Positions 1 to 7,714 of a DNA stretch of 34,549 nt are shown here, one piece after another. Numbering within the stretch: the first letter of the stretch is position 1; each line of letters starts with the position of its first letter. Position numbers and translations under genes: made by a program. Under the pieces are notes generated by a model. The model saw only the letters and a list, made by a program, of their open reading frames with translations. It did not search any database and was not told the DNA's origin. The DNA comes from a virus (lineage: Duplodnaviria; Caudoviricetes). The DNA lies in the IMG/VR virus record IMGVR_UViG_3300025392_000096, positions 1 to 34,549 of that record. One strand, 5' to 3'.

Positions 1-51
1 ACATACGCTGAACCGTTCCAAGCAAAATACCCAGAAAAGGAAACTGTATAA
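1..51 (+). CDS. 3' end of an upstream gene (partial, ...TYAEPFQAKYPEKETV*)
   Basis: Frame 1 is open from base 1 to TAA at 49-51, which overlaps the next ATG (TAATG coupling). Confidence 0.6.
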   Translation, partial: TYAEPFQAKYPEKETV

Positions 52-959
52 TGGCAACATCTGAAGAAAAAGCAAAATTAGTAGAGATACTTTCATTTAC
101 TCCCCGTACATATAAAATCACTATGTGGGGTTACGGTGGTGAAAAGGTAATGGGTACCGTAGATCGTAAGATTTATGACTACTTCAAAAAACGTAGATTA
201 GATCTAAGTGATTTTGCTTGGAACAGCGAATACGCTGAAGAAAATAACATTCCAGAAGACATGTGGCCGTTTCCTCCAGGTAGTTGGTACGAAGGCGACA
301 GCATGGGCCATGCTAGTGGTGTAAGCCGTAACGCAGGCACACTTCAAATTGAAGACGAAAATGGCAATACTGTTTTTGAACGCAGTCTAGAAGAAATGGA
401 TGGCGGTAGTGATGACAGCGTAGAGTGGGAAGCCAATGACGAAGTATGGATTGGCAGTCAACCCGATGGTACTGTAGTATTTTTAGGAAGTAGTAACGAG
501 AAAGGTACATTCTTTGAAGCAGATTTAGAATTAAAAATGCCTTTTGATATTACTAAATTAACACTAGGCTACGATGAAATCGACGGTGAAGAAATTGTCA
601 ATGCTGTAAAATACGATGGCGAGGATATTGACAACTGGGGCGGTAGCACAGACGGCAAGAGTAGTGACTTTGGATTTTACATTGCTGGCTCTAATAAACT
701 CAATGACGGCAAGTGGGAAAAGTATTCAAATATGGATGATATCGAATACCCAATGACTGACTGGTTCCCTAAAAAAATTAACCCTGTACGCAGTGGTGTC
801 TACATGGTTAGGACTGCTGGCCGCAACAGTTATACGTATCAATGTAAGTGGACTGGTACACGTTGGATCAATGCGTGGCATGACGATATGCCAGAGACAG
901 AAGAAGTTAAAATTAAAGAGTGGCAAGGGCTTGCCATTGACCCAGATCTTGAGGGATAA
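51..959 (+). CDS. Hypothetical acidic phage protein, 302 aa
   Basis: Long ORF with AAGGAA upstream. About 60/302 residues are D/E by hand count. Small Trp-rich C-terminal module (TDWFP..INPVRSGVY...W.G). Confidence 0.85.
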   Translation: MATSEEKAKLVEILSFTPRTYKITMWGYGGEKVMGTVDRKIYDYFKKRRLDLSDFAWNSEYAEENNIPEDMWPFPPGSWYEGDSMGHASGVSRNAGTLQIEDENGNTVFERSLEEMDGGSDDSVEWEANDEVWIGSQPDGTVVFLGSSNEKGTFFEADLELKMPFDITKLTLGYDEIDGEEIVNAVKYDGEDIDNWGGSTDGKSSDFGFYIAGSNKLNDGKWEKYSNMDDIEYPMTDWFPKKINPVRSGVYMVRTAGRNSYTYQCKWTGTRWINAWHDDMPETEEVKIKEWQGLAIDPDLEG

Positions 960-962
960 ATA
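955..962 (+). promoter_or_regulatory. GATAAATA, putative T4-type late promoter-like motif
   Basis: One mismatch from the T4 late promoter TATAAATA. The same octamer recurs at 13688-13695 and 17830-17837 upstream of structural genes. Confidence 0.5.
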
Positions 963-967
963 CATAC

Positions 968-997
968 ATTATTCCAACGCCTTCGGGGTAGAATAAT
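968..997 (+). promoter_or_regulatory. Imperfect hairpin with cUUCGg tetraloop upstream of the 1013 RBS
   Basis: ATTATTC(968-974)/GAATAAT(991-997) outer stem, CC-TTCG-GG core. AAGGAG RBS follows at 1001-1006. Confidence 0.45.
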
Positions 998-1012
998 ATT
1001 AAGGAGAAAAAT

Positions 1013-1492
1013 ATGACTGAAATACACGCCAAGCCTATTGTGGATGGTAAGTTTTGGATTGTAGAACAAGACGGTTCTAAAATTGCAACACTACACAAAA
1101 AAGAAAACAATAAATTTATTCTAAGCAGTACTTCGGGTGAAGTAATGTTTAACAAGAAACAAGATCTTACTAAACAATTTGGAGAGAATTTTTTCCTTTC
1201 CAATACAAAGGTCAAAGTCACCCAATCAGAATCTAATGAATGTCATGGGTATGCTACTAGTGTAAAACCTTATAACAGTATGTACGATGTTAGACGTAAG
1301 CTACCATTGTTTACTAAGAGTAATGCTAGTAAAAGTTTATACTGTGCTGGTTACTACACTATCAAATTTAATAAAGGTTGGGTTAAGAGCTTTTGCCCTA
1401 AGGTCATTACATTAGAACGTAATGAATACAAAGGTCCTTTTAAAACTGAATTTGAAATGAAACAGGTATTGAGTAATGTCAAATCAGATTAA
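1013..1492 (+). CDS. Hypothetical phage protein, 159 aa
   Basis: Strong AAGGAG RBS; basic, aromatic-rich ORF. Confidence 0.85.
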   Translation: MTEIHAKPIVDGKFWIVEQDGSKIATLHKKENNKFILSSTSGEVMFNKKQDLTKQFGENFFLSNTKVKVTQSESNECHGYATSVKPYNSMYDVRRKLPLFTKSNASKSLYCAGYYTIKFNKGWVKSFCPKVITLERNEYKGPFKTEFEMKQVLSNVKSD

Positions 1493-1721
1493 TCTAACAC
1501 CAATTACACAATTTATTCAAATAGTCCGTAGTGCTGAACTTACACAACAAAAAGAAATAAGAATGCCTATTCAGACTGCCAGATTACTAAGTTTAGCACT
1601 AGGAGAAATACAAGATAAACTGCTTCAAGATTATGAATCATTGTTTAATCAGTTAAAATCTAGTCAAGATGCTGAAGTTATTAGTGTAACAATGGATGGT
1701 GGTGGGTTTGAAGACAAATAA
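1476..1721 (+). CDS. Hypothetical phage protein, 81 aa (C-terminal MDGGGF)
   Basis: ORF overlaps the upstream gene by 17 nt; helical composition. Confidence 0.8.
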   Translation: MSNQINLTPITQFIQIVRSAELTQQKEIRMPIQTARLLSLALGEIQDKLLQDYESLFNQLKSSQDAEVISVTMDGGGFEDK

Positions 1722-1757
1722 GGCTAAATATATGCGTACATTAGCCGGATACGCATA
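1722..1757 (+). promoter_or_regulatory. Interleaved inverted repeats (H-type pseudoknot topology) over the translation initiation region of the 1760 gene
   Basis: GGCTAA(1722-1727)/TTAGCC(1741-1746) and TATGCGTA(1731-1738)/TACGCATA(1750-1757) are perfect complements. CTAAATA lies at 1724-1730 and ATG at 1760. Confidence 0.55.
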
Positions 1758-1759
1758 CT

Positions 1760-2044
1760 ATGAGCAGACCAAAACCACAGGTACTTTTAGAGTACATTAA
1801 TAAAAAAACTTATAAAGCCGAACAGGTTTTAGAAGCGGAAGCAATTTGGGCTGTTTTTTACAAAAACGAGCCTTTCAATCTTAAAAGTTTCAATAGTCTT
1901 ACCTCCTACCCTGGACCGAAATATAAAAAAGTTTCTTTTTCAAATCCTGGCCACGCACATAATTTGGCAAAGAAATTAAATCAGACTTTTGGATGTGAAG
2001 ATTTTCAAGTTGTCATGCTAACACAAGGTACAGTAGTAAAATGA
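1760..2044 (+). CDS. Hypothetical basic phage protein, 94 aa (MSRPKP... GPKYKK.SFSNPGHA)
   Basis: Clean ORF with an ATGA overlap into the next gene. Confidence 0.85.
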   Translation: MSRPKPQVLLEYINKKTYKAEQVLEAEAIWAVFYKNEPFNLKSFNSLTSYPGPKYKKVSFSNPGHAHNLAKKLNQTFGCEDFQVVMLTQGTVVK

Positions 2045-2448
2045 TTACAAGGGACGCCCTGACCAAAATATTTTTACAACAATGGGGCAAGAGTACAGAC
2101 GAAGCTAATTTACAACTGTTTAGTCGTAAATGGTGGCAAAGTACCAGAGCAGGTAAACAAACCAATTTCCGTCTAAGCGATGACGGTTATGAATTTTTAG
2201 TAAAAGATTTGGAATTAAGAGAATATGAAATTCCATTTACTGAACCAATCGAACTAAGTCCTCAAACAATTATTTTTTTAGAAAGGTATGTGGACTGTCC
2301 ATACTACCTAACTCCTATGTCAATCACTGTATTTTCAGAACGCAAGAGTTTTGAGTTAATGTTGTTTTCGGACGACATTAGAAAATTTGGTATAATTAAA
2401 GCCATGAATGAGCGAGAAAAAGAACTCGCAGGCACAAATAACAGTTGA
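2041..2448 (+). CDS. Hypothetical phage protein, 135 aa
   Basis: ATGA translational coupling with the upstream gene; clean ORF. Confidence 0.85.
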   Translation: MITRDALTKIFLQQWGKSTDEANLQLFSRKWWQSTRAGKQTNFRLSDDGYEFLVKDLELREYEIPFTEPIELSPQTIIFLERYVDCPYYLTPMSITVFSERKSFELMLFSDDIRKFGIIKAMNEREKELAGTNNS

Positions 2449-2473
2449 CTTAAAGACTAGCCTCCTATATAAT
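2445..2473 (+). promoter_or_regulatory. sigma70-type promoter TTGACT-N17-TATAAT for the MoxR gene
   Basis: -35 at 2445-2450, -10 at 2468-2473, 17-bp spacer. Confidence 0.8.
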
Positions 2474-2528
2474 ACATACATACAGCGTTACATCAACAAC
2501 GTATTTTTAAACTAAGATAGGAAGCAAC

Positions 2529-3617
2529 ATGCCAGAAATTTCCAGCCGTACAGTGGGCCCTAGCGGTGCTAAAAAGTCTTTGCGTAAGGCTTTTAAAAAT
2601 AAGCGTCCAATTTTCCTGTGGGGGCCTCCCGGAATTGGTAAATCAGATATTATTAAGCAACTCGGTACTGAGCTAGAAGCTCATGTTATCGACGTTCGTT
2701 TGAGTCTTTGGGAGCCTACTGATATTAAAGGCATTCCATATTTTGACAGCAATGACGGTACTATGCGTTGGGCTCCACCTAGCGAATTGCCTAGTGCTGA
2801 ATTGGCTAGTAAACATAAACAAATCGTCTTGTTCTTAGACGAAATGAACTCTGCGGCTCCTGCTGTACAAGCGGCCGCTTATCAACTTATCCTAAACCGC
2901 CGTGTTGGTACTTACCAACTTCCAGACAATGTTTCAATTGTTGCCGCTGGTAACCGTGAAACAGACAAGGGTGTTACATTCCGTATGCCTGCTCCGTTGG
3001 CTAACCGTTTTGTTCACTTGGAAATGACTGTTAATTGGGATGACTACTTTGAGTGGGCTGTTGAAAACAAAGTTCACAAGGACGTAGTAGGCTTTTTGAG
3101 CTTCTCTAAAAAGAGCTTGTACGATTTTGATCCAAAATCTAGCTCACGTGCTTTTGCTACACCGCGCTCTTGGAGCTTTGTAAGCGAATTGCTTACAGAC
3201 GACGATGTAGATGTTGACACACTTACAGACTTGGTTTCAGGTTCTGTGGGCGAAGGATTGGCTGTTAGCTTTATGGCTCATCGTAAAATTGCCGGAAAAA
3301 TGCCTAATCCAACAGACATTTTGAATGGCAAAGTTAAGAAAATGGACTCTAAAGAAATTAGTGCCATGTACAGTTTGACAGTATCTTTATGCTATGAATT
3401 GAAAGATTCTTGCGAAAAGAAAGTTAAAAACTGGAATGACCAAGTTAATAACTTCTTCGAATTTATGATGAATAACTTTGAAACAGAATTGGTTATTATG
3501 GGTACTAAATTGGCGTTGAGTACTTACAAACTGCCATTGGATCCAGACGAAATCAAATGCTTTGATGATTTCCATGCCAAATACGGCAAGTATATTAGTG
3601 CCGCAACTGAGAAATAA
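2529..3617 (+). CDS. MoxR-like AAA+ ATPase (AAA_5/dynein-related type)
   Basis: Walker A GPPGIGKS, Walker B LFLDE, sensor-1 AAGN, arginine finger LANRF, sensor-2 TPRSW. Followed by a VWA gene. Confidence 0.92.
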   Translation: MPEISSRTVGPSGAKKSLRKAFKNKRPIFLWGPPGIGKSDIIKQLGTELEAHVIDVRLSLWEPTDIKGIPYFDSNDGTMRWAPPSELPSAELASKHKQIVLFLDEMNSAAPAVQAAAYQLILNRRVGTYQLPDNVSIVAAGNRETDKGVTFRMPAPLANRFVHLEMTVNWDDYFEWAVENKVHKDVVGFLSFSKKSLYDFDPKSSSRAFATPRSWSFVSELLTDDDVDVDTLTDLVSGSVGEGLAVSFMAHRKIAGKMPNPTDILNGKVKKMDSKEISAMYSLTVSLCYELKDSCEKKVKNWNDQVNNFFEFMMNNFETELVIMGTKLALSTYKLPLDPDEIKCFDDFHAKYGKYISAATEK

Positions 3618-3633
3618 TTTGGTTTAGCACTAT

Positions 3634-3662
3634 TTGACACCTCCTTCGGGAGGTGTTATAAT
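3634..3662 (+). promoter_or_regulatory. Perfect sigma70 consensus promoter TTGACA-N17-TATAAT with an embedded 8-bp cUUCGg hairpin
   Basis: -35 at 3634-3639, -10 at 3657-3662; ACACCTCC-TTCG-GGAGGTGT spans 3637-3656. Confidence 0.85.
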
Positions 3663-3687
3663 ATATACATACAGTAAAGGAGCACTC

Positions 3688-4872
3688 GTGTCACATACAG
3701 ATCCAATTATCGACAAAATTATTGTAGCCCGTGTGGGTCTACTACTTCGCCATCCTTTCTTCGGCAATATGGCAACACGCCTAAAGATTGAAGAAGGCTC
3801 CGAATGGATGGGTACTGCCGCTACAGACGGTCGTACAATTTACTTTAACCGAGAATTTTTTGAACCGCTTACAATTAAGCAAGTTGAGTTCGTTATTGCT
3901 CACGAAATTCTACATAATGTGTTTGATCACATGAGTCGTAGAGAACATCGTAATCCACGTATTTTTAATATTGCCGCAGACTATTGTGTAAACGGACAAT
4001 TAGTACGAGATCGTATCGGTGAGCACAACATCGAAGGCATCAAAATCTTCCATGACCAAAAGTACTATGGTATGGGTGCTGAAGAAGTTTACGACAAAAT
4101 CTTCGACGAAATGGACGAGGAAGAACTTAACCAGTTGGGTCAACTATTAGATGACCATATTGACTGGGGTGAGAATGGCAAAGACGGTCAGCCAAAGTAT
4201 TCTAAAGAAGAACTAAAACAGATTCGTGACGAGATTCGCGAAGCTACAATGCAGGCCGCACAAGCCGCAGGCGCAGGTAACACACCAGCTAGCGTACAAC
4301 GAATGATTAAGGAACTTACAGAGCCTAAGATGAATTGGCGTGAAATACTACGTCAACAAATCCAAAGCACTATTAAGAATGACTATTCGTTTATGCGTCC
4401 TAACCGTAAGGGCTGGCACATGAGTGCTATTCTTCCTGGAACACAATTTGAAGATACAATTGATATCTGTGTAGCAATTGATATGTCTGGTTCTATCGGT
4501 GACGAACAAGCCAAAGATTTCTTAACAGAGATCAAAGGCATTATGCAAGAATATAAAGACTTTAAAATTAAAGTGTGGTGCTTTGATACTAAAGTTTACA
4601 ACGAAGCAGACTTCGACGGCTACAACATCGATGAGTTTGATAGCTATGAGCCAATGGGCGGTGGTGGAACTGAGTTTGATGCTAACTGGGAATACATGAA
4701 AGAACATGATATTCAACCTAAAAAGTTTATCATGTTTACAGATGGATACCCTTGGGGTAGCTGGGGTGATGAAAACTACTGTGATACAGTATTCGTCATT
4801 CATGGTAACAATACCATTGTTCCACCATTTGGCGAATTTGCCTACTACGAATTTGCCAAGGAAACAGCATAA
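3688..4872 (+). CDS. DUF2201-like protein: N-terminal HExxH metallopeptidase-like domain plus C-terminal VWA domain
   Basis: TAATDG, AHEILH, NIAADY.VN; MIDAS DMSGS, GGGT, FTDG. Start reassigned to GTG 3688 (AAGGAG RBS); the 3634 TTG is the -35 box. Confidence 0.9.
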   Translation: MSHTDPIIDKIIVARVGLLLRHPFFGNMATRLKIEEGSEWMGTAATDGRTIYFNREFFEPLTIKQVEFVIAHEILHNVFDHMSRREHRNPRIFNIAADYCVNGQLVRDRIGEHNIEGIKIFHDQKYYGMGAEEVYDKIFDEMDEEELNQLGQLLDDHIDWGENGKDGQPKYSKEELKQIRDEIREATMQAAQAAGAGNTPASVQRMIKELTEPKMNWREILRQQIQSTIKNDYSFMRPNRKGWHMSAILPGTQFEDTIDICVAIDMSGSIGDEQAKDFLTEIKGIMQEYKDFKIKVWCFDTKVYNEADFDGYNIDEFDSYEPMGGGGTEFDANWEYMKEHDIQPKKFIMFTDGYPWGSWGDENYCDTVFVIHGNNTIVPPFGEFAYYEFAKETA

Positions 4873-5159
4873 TGGCATTAAAGAATGGTAAACCCAATCC
4901 TTTAGATTATTTCAATCTACGTAGGGTTGAGTTTGCCTGTCCTCATTTTAAGTATATTAATATAGACAAATACAATCCAACTTTAGTCAGATCTATAGAC
5001 TCCTGGATACGCAAGAATTTAAATAATAGGTACTATGTAGGACAGGGCATTATGCTAGACAACACAAATACAATAGTGTACAATACACGTATTGGATTTG
5101 AAAGTGAAAAAGAACTTAGTTTTTTCACGATTGCTTGTCCAATACTACAAAGTAGATAA
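4872..5159 (+). CDS. Hypothetical phage protein, 95 aa (GFE..KELSFF motif)
   Basis: TAATG coupling with the VWA gene. Confidence 0.8.
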   Translation: MALKNGKPNPLDYFNLRRVEFACPHFKYINIDKYNPTLVRSIDSWIRKNLNNRYYVGQGIMLDNTNTIVYNTRIGFESEKELSFFTIACPILQSR

Positions 5160-5162
5160 TTA
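5155..5162 (+). promoter_or_regulatory. GATAATTA, variant of the late-promoter-like motif
   Basis: Same octamer at 11232-11239 (-); lies about 25 nt upstream of the AAGGAG-led gene at 5188. Confidence 0.35.
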
Positions 5163-5187
5163 ACTGTGTACTTAAAGGAGAACTCGA

Positions 5188-5445
5188 ATGAGTGAAGAAC
5201 TACAACAACCCACAGCACCTGCGGCTGATACTACTGCTCAAGCAGAACAAAATTCTAACGAATTGACTATTAACGATTTGCAAGCAATGAAAGTTATCAT
5301 TGATATTGCTAGTTCACGTGGCGCATTTAAGCCAAATGAAATGGTAGCAGTTGGTCAAACATACAACAAGTTAGAATCATTCTTGAATACTGTAGCAAAG
5401 CAAGCAGAAGCACAAAAAGCAGCCGCACCAGCTACAGGAGCTTAA
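5188..5445 (+). CDS. Hypothetical phage protein, 85 aa (IIDIASSRGAF core, low-complexity ends)
   Basis: AAGGAG RBS; clean ORF. Confidence 0.85.
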   Translation: MSEELQQPTAPAADTTAQAEQNSNELTINDLQAMKVIIDIASSRGAFKPNEMVAVGQTYNKLESFLNTVAKQAEAQKAAAPATGA

Positions 5446-5446
5446 T

Positions 5447-6076
5447 ATGGCCGAACTAAAACACGTGGCACGTGTCAAAGCTACTAACAAAAAATGCTTA
5501 GTAGCTTATCGCACATTGCCAGGCGATGCTCATCATTGCCTAATCGTTCCAACAGAAAACATGCCTGACATTTATCACGATGCTATCATTAATTTGGTAG
5601 AAAGTGGTAGTGGTCAAGATTCATACGAATTTGCCGATGCGTTAGATCGCAATCAATTTCCAGATGGTAGCAATATGTTACGCTGGTTACATGGCAACGG
5701 TCGTTTGATTAAAGCACCAACTAGCGATATCGAAATGACTCCAACTACCAACTATGGTATTTTGTTGTCAGAATTAAATCAAATTATTGCTGAACAACGC
5801 GGTGTTGCTATTGATGACCTAAGCATTAAGGCTGATACACCTGAAAAATCAGAAGCTCGTCGTTTACAAGATGTCGAACAAATTGATGCTCCTATTACTT
5901 CAGATGCTAAACCAACTGCTTCAGTCCAAGTTGCTGTTCCAGAAACTGTTACACCAACAGGAACTCCTGAAGACCAAGCAAAGTTTTATCGTAGCCAAGC
6001 TGATCGTTTAAGCAAACAAGCCGCCGAAATGCGCCGTAAAGCCGAGGAGTTGGTTCCGACCAAGAAAAAAGCCTAA
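5447..6076 (+). CDS. Hypothetical phage protein, 209 aa with C-terminal coiled coil
   Basis: AGGAG RBS; C-terminal heptad-like helix (YRSQADRLSKQAAEMRRKAEEL). Confidence 0.85.
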   Translation: MAELKHVARVKATNKKCLVAYRTLPGDAHHCLIVPTENMPDIYHDAIINLVESGSGQDSYEFADALDRNQFPDGSNMLRWLHGNGRLIKAPTSDIEMTPTTNYGILLSELNQIIAEQRGVAIDDLSIKADTPEKSEARRLQDVEQIDAPITSDAKPTASVQVAVPETVTPTGTPEDQAKFYRSQADRLSKQAAEMRRKAEELVPTKKKA

Positions 6077-6397
6077 ATGACCAAAACGGGAAGACTTCTT
6101 CCCAAGGATGTCATTGAGCATTGGCCAGAGGTATTCGGAGATGTAGAACTTAATGTGGTACCACTTGGGTATCTACATACCGTACTGGTTAATTTTAAGG
6201 ATGGTAAAACTTGGGAAATAAAAATAACAGCAAAGACCAAGCGAGAGGGTTGGGATAGTTTCCAAAGAAACTTATCCGAACTGGTAAAAAACTACGAGGA
6301 AACTATCGATAATATCGATTTTAAACTAGATACAAATCGAGTTAAAAACGATATTCAGCTTAGTACTCAAAAATTTTTAAAGAAAAAGAAACTATAA
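6077..6397 (+). CDS. Hypothetical phage protein, 106 aa
   Basis: Abuts the upstream stop; TAATG overlap with thyX. Confidence 0.8.
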   Translation: MTKTGRLLPKDVIEHWPEVFGDVELNVVPLGYLHTVLVNFKDGKTWEIKITAKTKREGWDSFQRNLSELVKNYEETIDNIDFKLDTNRVKNDIQLSTQKFLKKKKL

Positions 6398-7086
6398 TGA
6401 ATGTTAAACTCCTTAGTTACAGCCAACCTACCGAAGAATTTGCCAGTATGGGAATCGACGATGCGCAAGAGCTCATTGCCTATTGCGCAAGAGTCTCAAA
6501 CCCAAGTAATCAACTCAACACAGACACAAGCGAAAAACTTATCAAGTATCTCATTAAGCACCAGCACTGGAGCCCTCTTGAAATGGTCTCAGCTTGCCTG
6601 GAAATTACAACCACCAGAGACATTGCTAGACAAATTCTTAGACATAGAAGCTTCTCCTTTCAAGAGTTTTCCCAACGTTATTCTGACCCAACGGCAGAGC
6701 TCGATGATGCGTTTACTTTACGAGAAGCAAGATTCCAAGATACTAATAATAGACAAAACAGCGTAGACTTTGACATGGAAGACAATGAGCAACGCCTATT
6801 AGCTATCGAATGGGAACGTGCTCAAAAACGAATACTGTATCATGTTAAACAAGAATATTCGTGGGCTATCAAAAACGGCATTGCTAAAGAACAAGCTCGT
6901 GCTGTACTACCAGAAGGACTTACTGTAAGTCGTTTATACATGAACGGTACACTACGTAGCTGGATTCACTTTATTGAATTGCGTAGTGCTAACGGCACAC
7001 AGAAAGAGCATCAACAAGTTGCTATTGCTTGTGCGCAAGTTATTTCACAGATATTTTCCCTGGCCACTGATCTGTTAGCCAAGTAA
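6397..7086 (+). CDS. thyX: Flavin-dependent thymidylate synthase
   Basis: ThyX signature RHRSFSFQEFSQRY, plus ARVS, HWSPLE, EQARAVLP, GTLRSW.HF..LR and TQKEH motifs. Confidence 0.96.
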   Translation: MNVKLLSYSQPTEEFASMGIDDAQELIAYCARVSNPSNQLNTDTSEKLIKYLIKHQHWSPLEMVSACLEITTTRDIARQILRHRSFSFQEFSQRYSDPTAELDDAFTLREARFQDTNNRQNSVDFDMEDNEQRLLAIEWERAQKRILYHVKQEYSWAIKNGIAKEQARAVLPEGLTVSRLYMNGTLRSWIHFIELRSANGTQKEHQQVAIACAQVISQIFSLATDLLAK

Positions 7087-7714
7087 AATCATTTATCTTA
7101 CTCAATGCCTCCTTATTGGAGGCATTTTTTTCACCGTACTCTTTGCCGGCGAGTGCGCCTATATAGGCATAAAACCCATATTGAGCAGTATTGTGCGGTG
7201 TACACCAAGTATTCAATCGTGCTATAGATTCCTCGTTGTTAGTTACTGCTAGTTTACAGCATTCTCTAAATGCACTACGCCAAGTACTAAATGGATCTGT
7301 ATTAAATGCTGTAATATTGCTGACAGCATCTATTACTTTAAAACTTTTACTAATACTAGTAGTCATGTCTATTGTTGTAGGATCTAAAGACATTGTAAGT
7401 TTTTTTGGAAGCAATTTAACTCCGCCATATCCGTAGGTTAAACTGTTAACAGGATTAAGACTGCGCCATACGTGTACTGTTTCTAGATCCCAGTCCGGTA
7501 CTTGATAATCAAAATTAAAGTCGTTCAATATAACAGCATCAGCATCTACTACCCAAAACATTTTAGTCATAGATTTTTTTGCGGCGGCTATATGTGCTCG
7601 GTGTATTCCAGTAACTCCATGAATACGTTTTGCTAAAGGAAATCGGTCTTTTAAACTAGCAAAGTTATCATCTGCGTCCGGCTCGTTGTAACTAATGAAC
7701 AGTATATCGTACAT
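7040..7714 (-). CDS. Glycosyltransferase-like protein (GT-A fold), 224 aa
   Basis: ISYNEP N-terminus, hydrophobic strand plus DxD (WVVDADA), GYGGVKL, WRSAFRE; paralog of 7714-8613. Confidence 0.7.
   Translation of the reverse strand: MYDILFISYNEPDADDNFASLKDRFPLAKRIHGVTGIHRAHIAAAKKSMTKMFWVVDADAVILNDFNFDYQVPDWDLETVHVWRSLNPVNSLTYGYGGVKLLPKKLTMSLDPTTIDMTTSISKSFKVIDAVSNITAFNTDPFSTWRSAFRECCKLAVTNNEESIARLNTWCTPHNTAQYGFYAYIGALAGKEYGEKNASNKEALSKINDFTWLTDQWPGKISVK

Noticed and set aside
313-1221. Short ORFs 313-510(-), 726-965(-), 793-996(+), 839-1069(-), 913-1221(-)
   Set aside because: They are shadows of longer RBS-led + strand genes, with no motifs and implausible composition.
3637-3665. Hairpin as a canonical Rho-independent terminator
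   Set aside because: It is followed by TATAATATAT rather than a U-tract, so it is kept only as a regulatory hairpin.
3634-3687. ORF-track TTG start for the VWA gene (likewise starts at 11219, 17815, 22368 and 34468)
   Set aside because: These fall in promoter boxes or the upstream gene, lack an SD, or are internal codons. Better starts are 3688, 11198, 17809 and 22308; the giant ORF starts outside the window.
3387-6766. ORFs 3387-3575(-), 4522-4878(-), 4706-4891(+), 5033-5218(-), 6401-6766(+)
   Set aside because: They lie antisense or out of frame over MoxR, VWA, thyX and adjacent genes, with no independent support.
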